DNA of 64,000 nucleotides from Acidobacteriota bacterium (GCA_036507075.1 DASXQR010000167.1:13516-77515), one strand, 5' to 3'. Positions 8,792-20,167 are shown, numbered from the stretch's first letter. Translations and numbers: made by a program. Notes: a model not told the origin generated them from the letters alone.

Positions 8792-10777
8792 TTAGTGGGG
8801 CTTCGCCGGTGTGATTTCAAGGTATGTTTGACTGACTCTTGCCGGCTCGGCAAGCGCGGCCAGCCCATCCAAATCAAACTCCTTGTAGAGGTCAAGACAA
8901 AAAAGGTCAGGGGCGGATCGGTAGTCGACCGGGGCATCCAAAAGATGGCTGAAACTCGGCATTCCGCTGCGAATCAGCACTTCGGAAAATGATGCTGGTT
9001 CGAGGGCTGCTGCAACAAGCGCTGTCACCTGGCTGCGTATTCCTGTGCCTTCGAGACGTACACGCTGCGCTGCGGAAACCCCCGAGATCCAGCGTGCGAT
9101 CCCGATCAGTTGTGCCGCTTCGATACCGACAGGACGGTCGCCCGTCGTTGCCAACAGTTGTGCGAAACCCGAAGGCCGCGGGTTCTCAGGCGAACCATCG
9201 CCCGTGAATAACAGGTCCACTGCCAGAACCTGCTCGCCTCGATTCACCCGTTCTGAGACCTCAACTCGCGTCGACTTCTTGCCAAGGTCATGGAGGATAA
9301 TCGTGATCGGAGCATTATCCAAACTCGTAGTCGCTCTAAACCAAACGCCAGTTCCGCTGAGGCCGTTGTTGAAGTCAAACAGGTAGGACCGCGTTTCCAA
9401 TCCCTTATTTCTGGTATTCGCAATTGCCCATGCGTGCTTCACGCTGGCTGGATTGTAACGAACCAGGTTCTTGAGCTTCGCTCTTTCTGTTGCAGCCCAT
9501 CCAGCTCGCGCCGGTGCGGCTGAAGGCGGGGGTTGATGCTTAATCTCACGAGCAAACTTCCTGGCCAAACCGAGAATGGTCAGGTTATCTTTTGGCAGGC
9601 CCACCACAAGCTCCTCATAGCTTTTTACTTCAGAATCAACAGCGATCTCGCCTTCAGCTACCGGGAGATTGAAATATCTGCTGAAAAACCGGTATGACTG
9701 CTGCCGATTGTCGAGCTGATAATTGTGGGTTGAGGGGTCCGTGTTTTCATGCCACGCAAAGACGTTCTCGGCGCCAAACAACCTGAAAAAGGCTTTCACC
9801 TCATCGAATATATACGGTTTGACCAGCGGAGCTCGGAAGCAGCATTCATCCTCAGCGTTGTAAATCAGGAGAGTTGGGCGAGGCGCTCGCATTGCTGTCA
9901 GGTGGGGATAATCCAAATCGACGACCAGGTCTGTAGCGTTCTGCTCGATATCGCCAATGTCTTGCGGGCGCTCGATTCTGGAAACAGCGGAGGAATATCC
10001 GGCTACGGGAATTGCAACTGTCACTCTCTCGTCGAGAGAGCTTAGCAGGATGGTCTGCCATCCGCCGCCGGACAGGCCGGTCACTCCCAGCCGGCTGCGG
10101 TCAACTTTCGGATGCTCAGCGAGGAAATCAAGGCCCCTGCGCATGGCCAGGTAAAATAGTCCCACTGCGTTTGCGCCAACCAGGTCAAGGTGTGCGCCAA
10201 ACCAGTGACTGTTCTCCGGGTGGCTGAGTTCACCGAAGCCGATCCATTCCAGATTCAGGGCCAGAATACCCCGCCTGGCATAATTGATGCACCGCTTCTG
10301 CTTGTATTCGATCGCCTTTCCCACCGGACCCACATGTCCATTTACGTTCAAGATCGCCGGTACTTTCCCACTGAGATTGTCCGGCTCATAGAGAATGGCG
10401 GTCGCTTGAAAGCCGGGTACAATCTCGTACCGCAGCCTGCGCATTCGATATCCTTTTCCTGGTTCAAACACTCCCTGATCTTCGAATTTAGGCGGCGCAT
10501 TGACCCATTCCGCGGGCCATCCATGAAAGATCACGTCGGCGAGCAAATGTTTCCGCAACCGCGTCGCTTCAGCCGTCCAATGCGGGGCATTTGTGGGAGC
10601 AGGTAGTTTAGGAATCCGCTCCAACAAGTACTGCTGCAACTGGAATCTGGCGACGTCGGCTGTCTGGATCTGGCGCTCCAGGATGGAACCCACCTGTTCC
10701 GGCGTACTTTGACCGCTGGCAAGACCTGATGACAGCAACAGGAAAATCAACACTATTCTCGGCCTCATAGTCTTCAC
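8792..10777 (-). CDS. exported acetylxylan-esterase-like alpha/beta hydrolase
   Basis: Signal peptide; RLGVTGLSGGG nucleophile elbow; APRPTLLI; degenerate second hydrolase domain. Confidence 0.8.
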   Translation of the reverse strand: MKTMRPRIVLIFLLLSSGLASGQSTPEQVGSILERQIQTADVARFQLQQYLLERIPKLPAPTNAPHWTAEATRLRKHLLADVIFHGWPAEWVNAPPKFEDQGVFEPGKGYRMRRLRYEIVPGFQATAILYEPDNLSGKVPAILNVNGHVGPVGKAIEYKQKRCINYARRGILALNLEWIGFGELSHPENSHWFGAHLDLVGANAVGLFYLAMRRGLDFLAEHPKVDRSRLGVTGLSGGGWQTILLSSLDERVTVAIPVAGYSSAVSRIERPQDIGDIEQNATDLVVDLDYPHLTAMRAPRPTLLIYNAEDECCFRAPLVKPYIFDEVKAFFRLFGAENVFAWHENTDPSTHNYQLDNRQQSYRFFSRYFNLPVAEGEIAVDSEVKSYEELVVGLPKDNLTILGLARKFAREIKHQPPPSAAPARAGWAATERAKLKNLVRYNPASVKHAWAIANTRNKGLETRSYLFDFNNGLSGTGVWFRATTSLDNAPITIILHDLGKKSTRVEVSERVNRGEQVLAVDLLFTGDGSPENPRPSGFAQLLATTGDRPVGIEAAQLIGIARWISGVSAAQRVRLEGTGIRSQVTALVAAALEPASFSEVLIRSGMPSFSHLLDAPVDYRSAPDLFCLDLYKEFDLDGLAALAEPARVSQTYLEITPAKPH

Positions 10778-13700
10778 TTCCTCGGGCCGCCGGCGATTAT
10801 GTGCGGCAGGTTCTGCCTGCGCAGCAGATCGTTGAACGCGGCCAGATCTCCGCTCAACAGTCCATTCAGCTCGGTCTGATGGCTCCGTAACCGGTCTTTC
10901 ATCAGTTTGTGAACTTCCAGTTGCTGCGCTGTCGGCCTGAAGTCGCCGCCGGCCAGGCCGTTGGCGAGGTACAGAATCTTTCCATAGAGCTTCGCACCCC
11001 AGCGAACGTTGTCCTGTCCACGCCCCGTCGCCCTCAACTCGACCAGGTTCCCTTCAAGAGCAATGAACTTCTGCTCGAGCAGGTCGGCGGCCTGCCTGAT
11101 CTCGGCGTCGCCGTCGATGAGGCGTGCCAGCGCCTGGAGCTGGCTGCGCACGAGCTCGATCTGATTGATCACATCGGCGGCGCTCTCCAGGTCGGTGCGC
11201 AGGTCAAACAACATCTTCATCTGCTCCTGAATCTCCGCCTCAGTCCCGCCCGACTGCGGATCCTTCCGAACTGCGAGCGGCTGGGTGAGCTCCCGTCCAG
11301 CGGACGCCAGCTTGACCGTGTAGTTTCCCGGCGGCGCGAGAATTGTGAGGCGGCCGCCCCCCGGCCGCCACCCTTCCGGTCCCACTCGAATGTCCGGTGC
11401 ATAGAGGGGACTGGTGCGCAGGCGAACCTCCTTTGTCGGTCCGTAGCGCAAATCCCATGCAATCCGGTTCAGGCCTGCCCGCTTGGTCGCGTTGAGTGTG
11501 CGAACCACCTGTCCTTTTTGATCCAGGATCGTGACCGTCACGTCACCACTGGGCACGGATTTAAGGTAGTAGTTGATCGATGCGCCATACGGAGGATCCT
11601 GTCCGGCAGTCGGATCATTCGCCGGTCCGTAGGACGGCGTGATGTCGCGGAAACGGTAGGCCGCGCGCGGCGGGAACAGATGCGTGTCCGCGCTCAACAA
11701 CTGCGGGGTCAACTGCTGAAGGGGCGTGAGGTCGTCCAGGATCCAGAAGCCGCGTCCATAGGTGGCGACCACCAGGTCGTTGAAATGCTCCTGAATGGTC
11801 AGCCAATATGCCGGCGCATGCGGCAGGTTTGTCTGCAGCGGCTGCCAATTCTCACCGTCATCGAACGAGACATAGACCGAGTTCTCGGTACCCAGGTACA
11901 ACAAACCGCGGCGCACCGGGTCCTCGCGGAGGCAATGCGCGTAGCTCAGCATGCTGCGAGGGATGCCGTTGGTGATCGCCTTCCACGTCATCCCGTAATC
12001 GGTAGTCTTGTAGACGAACGGATCGCGATTATTCACCTGATGGAGATCCACAGTGACGTACGCCGCCCCGGCGTCATAGCGTGACGGCTCGATGTTTCCG
12101 ACCGTGCCCCACGGCGGCAGAGCAGGAATGTTCTTCGTGACGCTGGTCCACGTCTTGCCGGCGTCGCGGGTGAGCTGCACCTGGCCGTCGTTGGTGCCCA
12201 CCCAGATGAGACCCTTCTCGCGCGGCGACTCGGCGATCGCCATTACAGCGAACGCGTACTCGACTCCGATGTTATCGGGCGTCAGCCCACCGGAACTCTG
12301 CTGCCGGCTCTTGTCGTTGGTCGAGAGATCCGGACTGATCACCTCCCAGCTCTGGCCGCCATTAGTCGTCCTGTGCACGTGCTGGCTGCCGACGTAGATC
12401 GTATTCCGGTCGTGGGGTGAGATGTGGAGCGGCATGGTCCAATTGAAGCGGTACTTAAGATTAGCCGGAACACCATTGGCCTGGTCGGGCCAGACTTCCA
12501 CGTTGCGGCCCTGCCGGCGGTTTTCCTCGTAGCGCACCACAATGCCGCCGACGGTCCCCGACCCGGAGGCGCTCGACCAGATGATGTTCGGATCGACCGG
12601 ATCGGGCGTTGCCCAGCCGCTCTCTCCGCCGGCTACGCCGTGCCAGAGCGCGCGTGAAATGCGCCCGCCAATACCGCCGTCGAAACCGCCCAGCCGGCTG
12701 TTGCTCGGCCCGCGGTACGACGGCCCGTCCTGCTTGTTGCCATAGACGTGGTATGGAATCTGATTATCGACGGTCACGTGATACATCTGCGCGTTGGGCA
12801 GCCGGATGCGATTCCACGTGCGCCCGCGATTCAGGGAAATCGATACGCCGCCGTCATTGCCGATCACTTGGCGGTCCGGATTGGTTGGGTCGATCCACAT
12901 GTCGTGGTTGTCGCCCCCGGGACTCGACCCGAAATCCGCTGCCTTCAGTGTCTCGCCCCCATCAAGCGAAATGCTGTACGAAGCGGTGAGCGAGTACGTC
13001 TCGTTCTCATTGTCCGGCGCGACTTCGATGTGAGAATAATAGTGCGCGCGTCCCATGTGGTTGCGATCCGAGCTCACCAGCCGCCAGCGCTCTCCACCAT
13101 CATCGGATCGCCACAACTGGCCCTTTTCTGCCTCCTGGCCTTTCCATGGCAATCCGTCGCCGGTTTCGATGAGCGCATAGACGCGGTCCGGATTGGAGCG
13201 CGCGATCGCCATCGCAACTTTGCCGACCGGCTTGGACGGCAGACCCCGGCCCGTCAGCCGCTGCCATGTAGCGCCGCCGTCTTTCGAAACGAACAGGCCG
13301 CTGCCCGGCCCGCCGCTCTCGCGTCCCCAGGTTTTTATTTCCAGCTGCCACATGCCGGCAAAAAGCCTGCGCGGGTTGCCCGGGTCCATCTCGAGATCCG
13401 AGCAGCCGGTACTCTCGTCGACAAAAAGCGTCCGCTCCCAGGTCTTGCCGCCGTCGGTCGTGCGGAAAACACCCCGCTCCTGCTGCGGCCCGTACGCGTG
13501 TCCGAGCGCGCAGGCGACGACATTGTCGGGATTGCGGGGATCGATGACGATTTTGCCGATGCGGCCTGTATTCTCGAGCCCCATGCGCGTCCACGTGCGC
13601 CCGGCATCCGTTGATTTGAAAATGCCCGCACCCACTGAGATGTGGCTGCGAATGCACGCTTCACCGGTACCCGCCCAGACGATGTTGGCATCGGAGGGCG

Positions 13701-14028
13701 CGAGCGCAATATCGCCGATCGACAAAACGGGCTGATCGTCGAAAATGGAATTCCAGTTCAAGCCTCCGTCGGTGGACTTGAAGATGCCGCCCGACGCGGC
13801 TCCGGCATAGATGACCAGAGGATTGCCCGGCACGCCGGCTACGGCACTGACGCGATTTCCCTCGGGCCCGATATATCGCCAGCGAAGCTGGCTGTACACA
13901 TCCGCTCCGATGCGCGGGCTCTGGCCCTGCGCGAAGACGCCGGCCAGTCCGATGACGACGAGCGGCATCAGCAGTAGACGGCGTTTGTTGCTCTCAAAAT
14001 TATGGTGGATGACATTGCTTTCGGGCAT
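10774..14028 (-). CDS. BNR/Asp-box (VPS10/sortilin-like) beta-propeller glycosyl hydrolase-type protein
   Basis: WRYIGPEGNRV start; many STDGG/SDDGG Asp-boxes; C-terminal helical region. Confidence 0.88.
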   Translation of the reverse strand: MPESNVIHHNFESNKRRLLLMPLVVIGLAGVFAQGQSPRIGADVYSQLRWRYIGPEGNRVSAVAGVPGNPLVIYAGAASGGIFKSTDGGLNWNSIFDDQPVLSIGDIALAPSDANIVWAGTGEACIRSHISVGAGIFKSTDAGRTWTRMGLENTGRIGKIVIDPRNPDNVVACALGHAYGPQQERGVFRTTDGGKTWERTLFVDESTGCSDLEMDPGNPRRLFAGMWQLEIKTWGRESGGPGSGLFVSKDGGATWQRLTGRGLPSKPVGKVAMAIARSNPDRVYALIETGDGLPWKGQEAEKGQLWRSDDGGERWRLVSSDRNHMGRAHYYSHIEVAPDNENETYSLTASYSISLDGGETLKAADFGSSPGGDNHDMWIDPTNPDRQVIGNDGGVSISLNRGRTWNRIRLPNAQMYHVTVDNQIPYHVYGNKQDGPSYRGPSNSRLGGFDGGIGGRISRALWHGVAGGESGWATPDPVDPNIIWSSASGSGTVGGIVVRYEENRRQGRNVEVWPDQANGVPANLKYRFNWTMPLHISPHDRNTIYVGSQHVHRTTNGGQSWEVISPDLSTNDKSRQQSSGGLTPDNIGVEYAFAVMAIAESPREKGLIWVGTNDGQVQLTRDAGKTWTSVTKNIPALPPWGTVGNIEPSRYDAGAAYVTVDLHQVNNRDPFVYKTTDYGMTWKAITNGIPRSMLSYAHCLREDPVRRGLLYLGTENSVYVSFDDGENWQPLQTNLPHAPAYWLTIQEHFNDLVVATYGRGFWILDDLTPLQQLTPQLLSADTHLFPPRAAYRFRDITPSYGPANDPTAGQDPPYGASINYYLKSVPSGDVTVTILDQKGQVVRTLNATKRAGLNRIAWDLRYGPTKEVRLRTSPLYAPDIRVGPEGWRPGGGRLTILAPPGNYTVKLASAGRELTQPLAVRKDPQSGGTEAEIQEQMKMLFDLRTDLESAADVINQIELVRSQLQALARLIDGDAEIRQAADLLEQKFIALEGNLVELRATGRGQDNVRWGAKLYGKILYLANGLAGGDFRPTAQQLEVHKLMKDRLRSHQTELNGLLSGDLAAFNDLLRRQNLPHIIAGGPRK

Positions 14029-14467
14029 GACTCACCTCCCGGCAAGATTCCTTTATAAAAATCCGAGTAAGAATCTTTACACACAAAGACACAAAGGACA
14101 CAAGAATTAGATTCGCAAGCCATGGTGCGTCAGGCGTGATGACGATATCGCCGGCTCAGGCTTCCAACCCAGGTTGTGAAAAGCGCGCAAGGTTCGGATT
14201 TCCCACAACGCCACTATCGGGAAGTGGATCGTTGCACCCCAGACGTGAGAAAGTGAGAAAAAATCAGTAGCGCGACCGTAAGGGAGCGCAGGGAGGATCA
14301 AGTTACCGGCAGTGATGTCCTTTTCCTGTCGCCAAACCCCGTTTGTTTGGACATTTGTACCGACGCGGTATGCCGCGTCGCTACGCGGGCGCAGCCAAAC
14401 CGTTAGGGAAGCACGTCGCACGTCCAGGCTTCCGACATTTGACATCTCCCCGTCCTCATGTATATGA

Positions 14468-14487
14468 TGTGCCCACATATGGGCACA
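14468..14487. promoter_or_regulatory. palindromic operator over the padR start
   Basis: TGTGCCCA-cata-TGGGCACA, perfect 8-bp arms covering ATG 14479. Confidence 0.55.
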
Positions 14488-14823
14488 GATGGGCTTAAAC
14501 GTGAACTCAAGCGAGGCAGCACCGAGCTGCTGATCCTGGCGCTGCTCGAGGAACGTGACCGGCACGGCTATGATCTCGCGCGTTTGATCGAAGAGCGATC
14601 ACACGGCGCAATCTCGTTTCACGCCGCCTCGCTTTATCCGACGCTCTACCGGATGGAAGAGAAGCGTCTCGTCGAGGGCCGTTGGGTCGAGAGGGCGGGG
14701 CAGCGGCGGCGGCGCTACTACAAGTTGACGGCGGCAGGAAGAAAGACGCTGGCCAGCCAGCGGAACGTGTGGGAGAACTTTTTCAATGCTCTCAACCGCG
14801 TCGCCCGCATTCGTCATGCGTAG
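14479..14823 (+). CDS. PadR family transcriptional regulator
   Basis: LKRGSTELLILALL, HGYDL, SLYPTLYRME, RRRYYKLT. Confidence 0.93.
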   Translation: MGTDGLKRELKRGSTELLILALLEERDRHGYDLARLIEERSHGAISFHAASLYPTLYRMEEKRLVEGRWVERAGQRRRRYYKLTAAGRKTLASQRNVWENFFNALNRVARIRHA

Positions 14824-14892
14824 GGCCGAACTGCCGCTCGATATTCGAGGCAGAAAAAGTCTGTCGACCTTCGACGCCGGTGGAGATTATGT

Positions 14893-17583
14893 ATGGACTG
14901 GAAATCCCGCATCCGCGCTGCGTTAACAACCACCGCCCAGCTTCCGGACGACGACGTTGTGCAGGAGCTCGCACAACATGCTCAGGCGATGTACCATGCC
15001 GCACGCGCTGACGGCCTCTCGCACGACGAAGCGGAAAGCCGCGTGACCGATCAACTCGAACGCTGGCGACTCGACGCTTCCGCTCTGCGCCACAAGTCGC
15101 GTCGCGCCGAAAATGTGGAGCCTCCGCCGGCTGTCTCCTGGTCGCCCTTCGCTGGCGTTGCCCAGGACATTCGTTACGCCGCGCGGCTGCTTCGCCGGCA
15201 GGTGCGCTTCGCGCTGCTCGCCATCCTGACAATGGCGTTCGGGATTGGACTCACAACCGTACTATTCAGTGTGACGTACGGCGTGCTCGTGAAACCCCTG
15301 CCGTGGCCGCACGCCGACAGGATCGTCGTCGTCAAAGAAACCCGCGGCGGCAAATCGCCGCGCTTCGGCTCGTTCAGCAGCACGGCGTACCTTGCCTGGC
15401 GTGAGAGGCCGGCTACCGTTGAAAATATCGCCGCGTGGTCTCAGCGCGTCGTCACACTCGCGGATGCCGGGGAGCCCGAGCGCATTCGCATCACGGTTGC
15501 GGCCGCCAGCTTGTTCCCTGTGCTGGGCGCGCGCCCGCTGATCGGTTCGTTCTTTCAGGAGAAGGACGAGGGCACGCCCGTCGTGGTGCTGTCGGAGAGT
15601 CTCTGGCGGCAGCGGTTTGGCGCTGATCACGCCGTTCTCGGACGGCTCGTGCAGCTCGACGGCCAGGCTTATACCATCATCGGCGTCCTGGCCGACGCGA
15701 TGGCCTATCCGGATCGCCAGGCACGCGCCTGGGTGCCGATGAAGATTCGACCAGCGACAGGCAATCTCCTTTCAATGTTCAGCGCCATCGCGCTGCTGCG
15801 CCCCGGCGCATCGGCGGCTCAGGCGGCCTCTGAAGGCACCGCGCGCGGTCGCTTTGCGGCAGACACGGGCCTGACCACTATGGCAATATTCGGCGGCTAT
15901 GGTCCAATCGAGGTCTCGGCGCTGCCGCTTCGCGACGCGCTCGCGGCCGAGGTCCGCCGGCCGCTCATCGTTTTGCTTGTTGCCGTTACCTTGCTGCTGG
16001 TCACCGCAACGGCCAACGTCGCGAGCCTGCAACTCGCACGCGCGACGACGCGACGGCGCGAGATGGCAATCCGCGCAGCTCTGGGCGCCGGCACTGCGCG
16101 CGTGACGCGTCAACTCCTCGTCGAGAGCCTCCTGCTCGGCCTCACCGGCGGCGGCGCGGGACTCGGCCTTGCCTGGCTGCTCCATCGATTGATGCCGTCG
16201 CTTTTACCCGCAGATTTTCCGCGCGCCGGCGAGATCGGTATCGATACAACGGTCATTGTCTTCGCACTCATTGTCTCAGTGATGACAAGCATCGTTTTCG
16301 GTATGTTGCCGGCGCTTCGTGCCCGTCGACTCAACCTTGTTGAATCGCTGGCCGAAGATGGCGCGGCGCCAATCGGAGCGGGCACCCGATCCCGGACCGC
16401 ACAAGCCAGGATCTTAATTATGGCGGGGCAGGTCGCTATCGCTTTCGTGCTGCTGGTAGGCGCGTCACTCCTCGGCCGGAGCTTTGTCGCGCTGCTCAAG
16501 ACCGATCGCGGCTACGATCCCTCAGGCGTCATGACGGCGAGGTTGTCCTTGCCGGATTCGCTGTATTCGCCCGAGCGACGCTATGTGCTGATTAGACAGA
16601 TCCTCGATCGTCTTGCAGCGATGCCCGCGGTCACCGATGCGGCCTTCACTTCCGAGCTGCCGCTGACGCCGGGTGGATCAACCGCCGCGTTCAGCATAAG
16701 ATCACGCGCCAACGGCGGGCCTGTACCGGTACAGGCCTCGCCGCGTGTCGTGAGCGCGCGGTATTTTTCGGCGATGCGCATTCGCATCGCCGCGGGTCGC
16801 AGCTTCAGTGATTCGGATACGGAATCATCACCGCCGGTCGCGATCGTCAACCGTACTTTCGCACGCCGTTACCTCGGTGATGCAGCGCTGGACGCGAAGC
16901 TTCCGATGGGCATTGGCTATCAGACTGAGGATATTGAGGCGAGCATCGTCGGCGTCTCGGATGATATCCGGTATCCGACAGCCGCCGCCTCTTTACAGCC
17001 CGAGATGTACTTCTTGTACCGTCAATTGAAGGGCAGGCTGACAGTTCCCGTTGTGACTTTTGTCGTGCGCACCGCGGGAGGTGCCGGCGCGCTCGGTCCG
17101 GCGCTTCGCACGGCGGTCCGCGAAGCCGATGATCACCTGGTCCCTGAGGCGATCATGACCCTGGAAGATCGAATGTTGACGAGCCTGTCACGGCCTCGTC
17201 TCTACTCTATCCTGCTTGGCGGCTTTGCTGCATTTGCGCTCGTGGTCGCGGGCGTTGGACTGTTTGGCGTACTGTCGTACAGCGTCGCGCTGCGCTCGCG
17301 GGAGCTTGCCGTGCGGTCGGCGCTCGGCGCGCGGCAGGTGGATATCGCTCGACTCATACTCCGTCAAGGCCTGGCGGCGACGGGTGCGGGGCTGGCTGCG
17401 GGGCTGCTGGGATCTTTCGTGTTGATGCGGTCGATCGCGGCGCTCCTATATGGCGTCACGCCGCAGGATCCAATCACATATTGTGTCGTTGCGAGTATCT
17501 TGCTGGTCGTTGCGGCGGCTGCCAGCTTCGCTCCCGCGCGGCGGGCAGCCCGCGTCGATCCGATGCGGGAACTCCGGTCCTAG
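14893..17583 (+). CDS. ADOP-type duplicated MacB/FtsX ABC permease
   Basis: QDIRYAARLL start; two permease halves (RRREMAIRAALGA, RSRELAVRSALGA); PARRAARVDP end; follows padR. Confidence 0.9.
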   Translation: MDWKSRIRAALTTTAQLPDDDVVQELAQHAQAMYHAARADGLSHDEAESRVTDQLERWRLDASALRHKSRRAENVEPPPAVSWSPFAGVAQDIRYAARLLRRQVRFALLAILTMAFGIGLTTVLFSVTYGVLVKPLPWPHADRIVVVKETRGGKSPRFGSFSSTAYLAWRERPATVENIAAWSQRVVTLADAGEPERIRITVAAASLFPVLGARPLIGSFFQEKDEGTPVVVLSESLWRQRFGADHAVLGRLVQLDGQAYTIIGVLADAMAYPDRQARAWVPMKIRPATGNLLSMFSAIALLRPGASAAQAASEGTARGRFAADTGLTTMAIFGGYGPIEVSALPLRDALAAEVRRPLIVLLVAVTLLLVTATANVASLQLARATTRRREMAIRAALGAGTARVTRQLLVESLLLGLTGGGAGLGLAWLLHRLMPSLLPADFPRAGEIGIDTTVIVFALIVSVMTSIVFGMLPALRARRLNLVESLAEDGAAPIGAGTRSRTAQARILIMAGQVAIAFVLLVGASLLGRSFVALLKTDRGYDPSGVMTARLSLPDSLYSPERRYVLIRQILDRLAAMPAVTDAAFTSELPLTPGGSTAAFSIRSRANGGPVPVQASPRVVSARYFSAMRIRIAAGRSFSDSDTESSPPVAIVNRTFARRYLGDAALDAKLPMGIGYQTEDIEASIVGVSDDIRYPTAAASLQPEMYFLYRQLKGRLTVPVVTFVVRTAGGAGALGPALRTAVREADDHLVPEAIMTLEDRMLTSLSRPRLYSILLGGFAAFALVVAGVGLFGVLSYSVALRSRELAVRSALGARQVDIARLILRQGLAATGAGLAAGLLGSFVLMRSIAALLYGVTPQDPITYCVVASILLVVAAAASFAPARRAARVDPMRELRS

Positions 17584-17919
17584 TACTTAATTCCAAAAAT
17601 TCGAGCAGGAGTTTTCGCACCACTTTGTGCCCTTTGTGCCTTTGTGGTGCAAACTGATACGCGAATTTACGCAATAGTGAAGCTATCGGAGGCTGGCGCG
17701 GATCTCGGTGGCCTTGGTCTGGTAAAGGTGCTGGTTGTTAAGATCGGGATGCCGGACTTGATAAATCTCGACCGCTTTGGAGAGGAGCAACAGCAATAGA
17801 AACACCAGTAGAATCCCCCAGTCCCGTCGCATAAACGGGATCATACGCCCGGGAGTCTGACTATCAAAGCGGAAAAAGAACATTTTATGCGGTTCGAATT
17901 TCCTGACGACCTCAAGCGC

Positions 17920-18560
17920 CTGCTTCCAGTCTCCGACCAGATCGGCGCGATTCGTCGTGGCGCCCGTCGGGCTTTGCCCGCTGCTTGTCGTGATCGTCAA
18001 CGCCGATCCGGATTGCCACGTTCCCAGACCCGACAATGTCCACCCACCCAGAATGGCTTCGGCTACGGAGTCGTCAACTGGGTATCCGCGCCGGCAGCAC
18101 TGCTGTTGGCTGTGTGGTTTTCAAACGTGTACAGGGAATTCACATTAACGCCCTGTGAAAGCAAAAAGCTGCGTGACAACTGGGCCCTGCGAATGAAAGG
18201 CGCGGCATTGACCTCGTTTCGGAACTCATTGATAGTCACATCCACAAAGTAAACGCCAAACCCGCCCCGCACTACGAAGTCGCGGCGCGCCTGGTAGGCA
18301 AATCCGAGCCGCGGGGCAAAGTCCAGATTGTTGGGATGAATGAAGGTATCAGGCAATCCGAGTTCTCCCGCTGTGGCGTAACGATCCTTTGAACTGCTGG
18401 AAGACCGGATGAATGCGACTCTGACTGTCGTTCGGAATCAGAATCTTGCCTGTCGGAAAATGCCCCACCGACTGCCGCTGGTTCCACTCCGTGAAGAAAC
18501 CGAAATTGTCGTAGCGGACCCCGAGATTCAACGTCAGCTTCGAAGAGAGCTTCCCGAGCG
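17920..18560 (-). pseudogene. fragmented TonB-dependent receptor
   Basis: Pieces in different frames: KLTLNLGVRYD, FAPRLGFAYQ...VRGGFGVYF, SGLGTWQSG...NRADLVG; same motifs as the intact receptor at 31532. Confidence 0.8.
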
Positions 18561-18686
18561 TGGACAGCATGATGAACAGCCAGCTCGCGGCCAGCATTCT
18601 GCCCGTGCCCTGTCCATATTAGCCGGCGTTTTGTTCTTTGAGGCGAATCCGAGAACCTGATTAAGCCCCCATTCGTAAATAGGTGC

Positions 18687-19628
18687 ATGAAGCGTTGGCT
18701 GGTTCTAATCTTCGCGGGGCTCAGCGTTGGTTGGATTCTGGTTTGCGCTGTGGCGGGCATTTTCATGGCGGAAGGGGCGTTGCACCCAAAGCATCGGCCG
18801 ATCAGCGCGGAGGCTCAGCGACGCGCCGAGGAGCTTGCGAAATCTGCCGGCGTTCCCATTCGGACAGTGCGGGTAAGCGCAGCGGATGGTGTCCCGCTGG
18901 TAGGCTGGTATTTTTCCAACCAACAGCTTAATCAGAACAGCAATCCCGAATGGCGCAGGGATGTCGTTTTGATCCTCCATGGTCAGAGCGACAACCGTGC
19001 CGGCGCACTTTCATTTGCACGCCTGTTTCTGAGGCGTGAATTTGATGTGTTGCTTCCCGACAGCCGGGCGCATGGCGAAAGTGGTGGCGAGATTGCCACC
19101 TACGGCTTCCTTGAAGGACGCGACGTGAGCTCATGGATCGATTGGCTTGTGACCGAGAATCGGCCACGTCATATCTACGCTTTGGGCGAATCGATGGGTG
19201 CGGCCATTCTGCTTCGAACGTTGTGCCGGGACGCGCGGCTCGACGCTGTGATTGCCGAAGCGCCTTTCTGCAACTTCCGCGAAGTTGCCTTTGACCGCGT
19301 GGGGCAACAATTTAGATCCGGCAACTGGGTCGGCCGCATTCTGTTTCGGCCCGCCGTCGAAGTCGGGTTCGTGTATGCACGGCTGAAGTACGGCGCCGAC
19401 TTAGGCCAGGTCGCGCCAGAAGAGTGTGTAACGCAGACCCGCACTAAGATCCTCATGATTCACGGAGATGACGATCACAACATTCCGCTGCGGCACTGTC
19501 TCAGGATCTCTGGCCGCAGCAAAAACGTGGAACTATGGCGCGTCCCCGGCGCCGGGCATACAGAGGTGTTCGGTCGACAGCCTACCCAATTTGAGCAGCG
19601 CGTTTGTCGCTGGCTTGGGCACCCTTAG
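18687..19628 (+). CDS. membrane-anchored alpha/beta hydrolase
   Basis: N-terminal TM; LHG, DSRAHGESGG, GESMG, IHGDDD, GAGH triad motifs. Confidence 0.9.
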   Translation: MKRWLVLIFAGLSVGWILVCAVAGIFMAEGALHPKHRPISAEAQRRAEELAKSAGVPIRTVRVSAADGVPLVGWYFSNQQLNQNSNPEWRRDVVLILHGQSDNRAGALSFARLFLRREFDVLLPDSRAHGESGGEIATYGFLEGRDVSSWIDWLVTENRPRHIYALGESMGAAILLRTLCRDARLDAVIAEAPFCNFREVAFDRVGQQFRSGNWVGRILFRPAVEVGFVYARLKYGADLGQVAPEECVTQTRTKILMIHGDDDHNIPLRHCLRISGRSKNVELWRVPGAGHTEVFGRQPTQFEQRVCRWLGHP

Positions 19629-19709
19629 CACAAAAGCGGATCAGATCTATTCGATAGTGCGGCAGTTAAATTATGCCTCGAATCAGTGACTGGAAATTCG
19701 GCATAGTAC

Positions 19710-19803
19710 TTTCACCGCCGAGGCGCAGAGAACGCCAAGTTTCGCCGGGTCTCCAGTCAAAATCTCTGCGAGCCTCGGCGGGCTTTGCGCCTCGGCGGTG
19801 AAA
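19710..19803. repeat. REP-like inverted pair (TTCACCGCnGAGGCGCAGAG family)
   Basis: Arms at 19710-19730 and 19783-19803. Confidence 0.75.
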
Positions 19804-19987
19804 GCAAAAAGCGCCGACTTCACCAACCGGTATTGGGCTGAGTTTGTGTGCGCGGCCCTGACGAGATTCCGTGACACCGCTCAGGGTGATTGCAGAGCGA
19901 CGCCTATAAGTGCTCCCCCCTGATCGCCGCGTTTGCCTTCTCTCGCGCACGTTGCTAACGTGAAAGAACAATCAAGAGAGGCGCGTT

Positions 19988-20167
19988 ATGGCTAACCATA
20001 CAGATCCCGTTTGTGGAATGAAGGTGAATGAAAATTCGGCGGCCGATAAAAGCGATTACATGGGAGAGACCTACTATTTCTGCTCACGCCAATGTAAGCA
20101 GAAGTTCGACCAGAATCCCCTGAAGTACCTCAAGGAACAACGCCAGCAAGCCAAGAGTCGCGACTGA
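19988..20167 (+). CDS. YHS domain protein (59 aa)
   Basis: MANHTDPVCGMKV...YMGETYYFCSRQCKQKFDQNPLKY; absent from the ORF track. Confidence 0.9.
   Translation: MANHTDPVCGMKVNENSAADKSDYMGETYYFCSRQCKQKFDQNPLKYLKEQRQQAKSRD

Noticed and set aside
10909..13735. Long antisense ORFs (also opposite the TonB receptor, Rhs, permease and AKR genes)
   Set aside because: Shadow frames of GC-rich genes with no motifs
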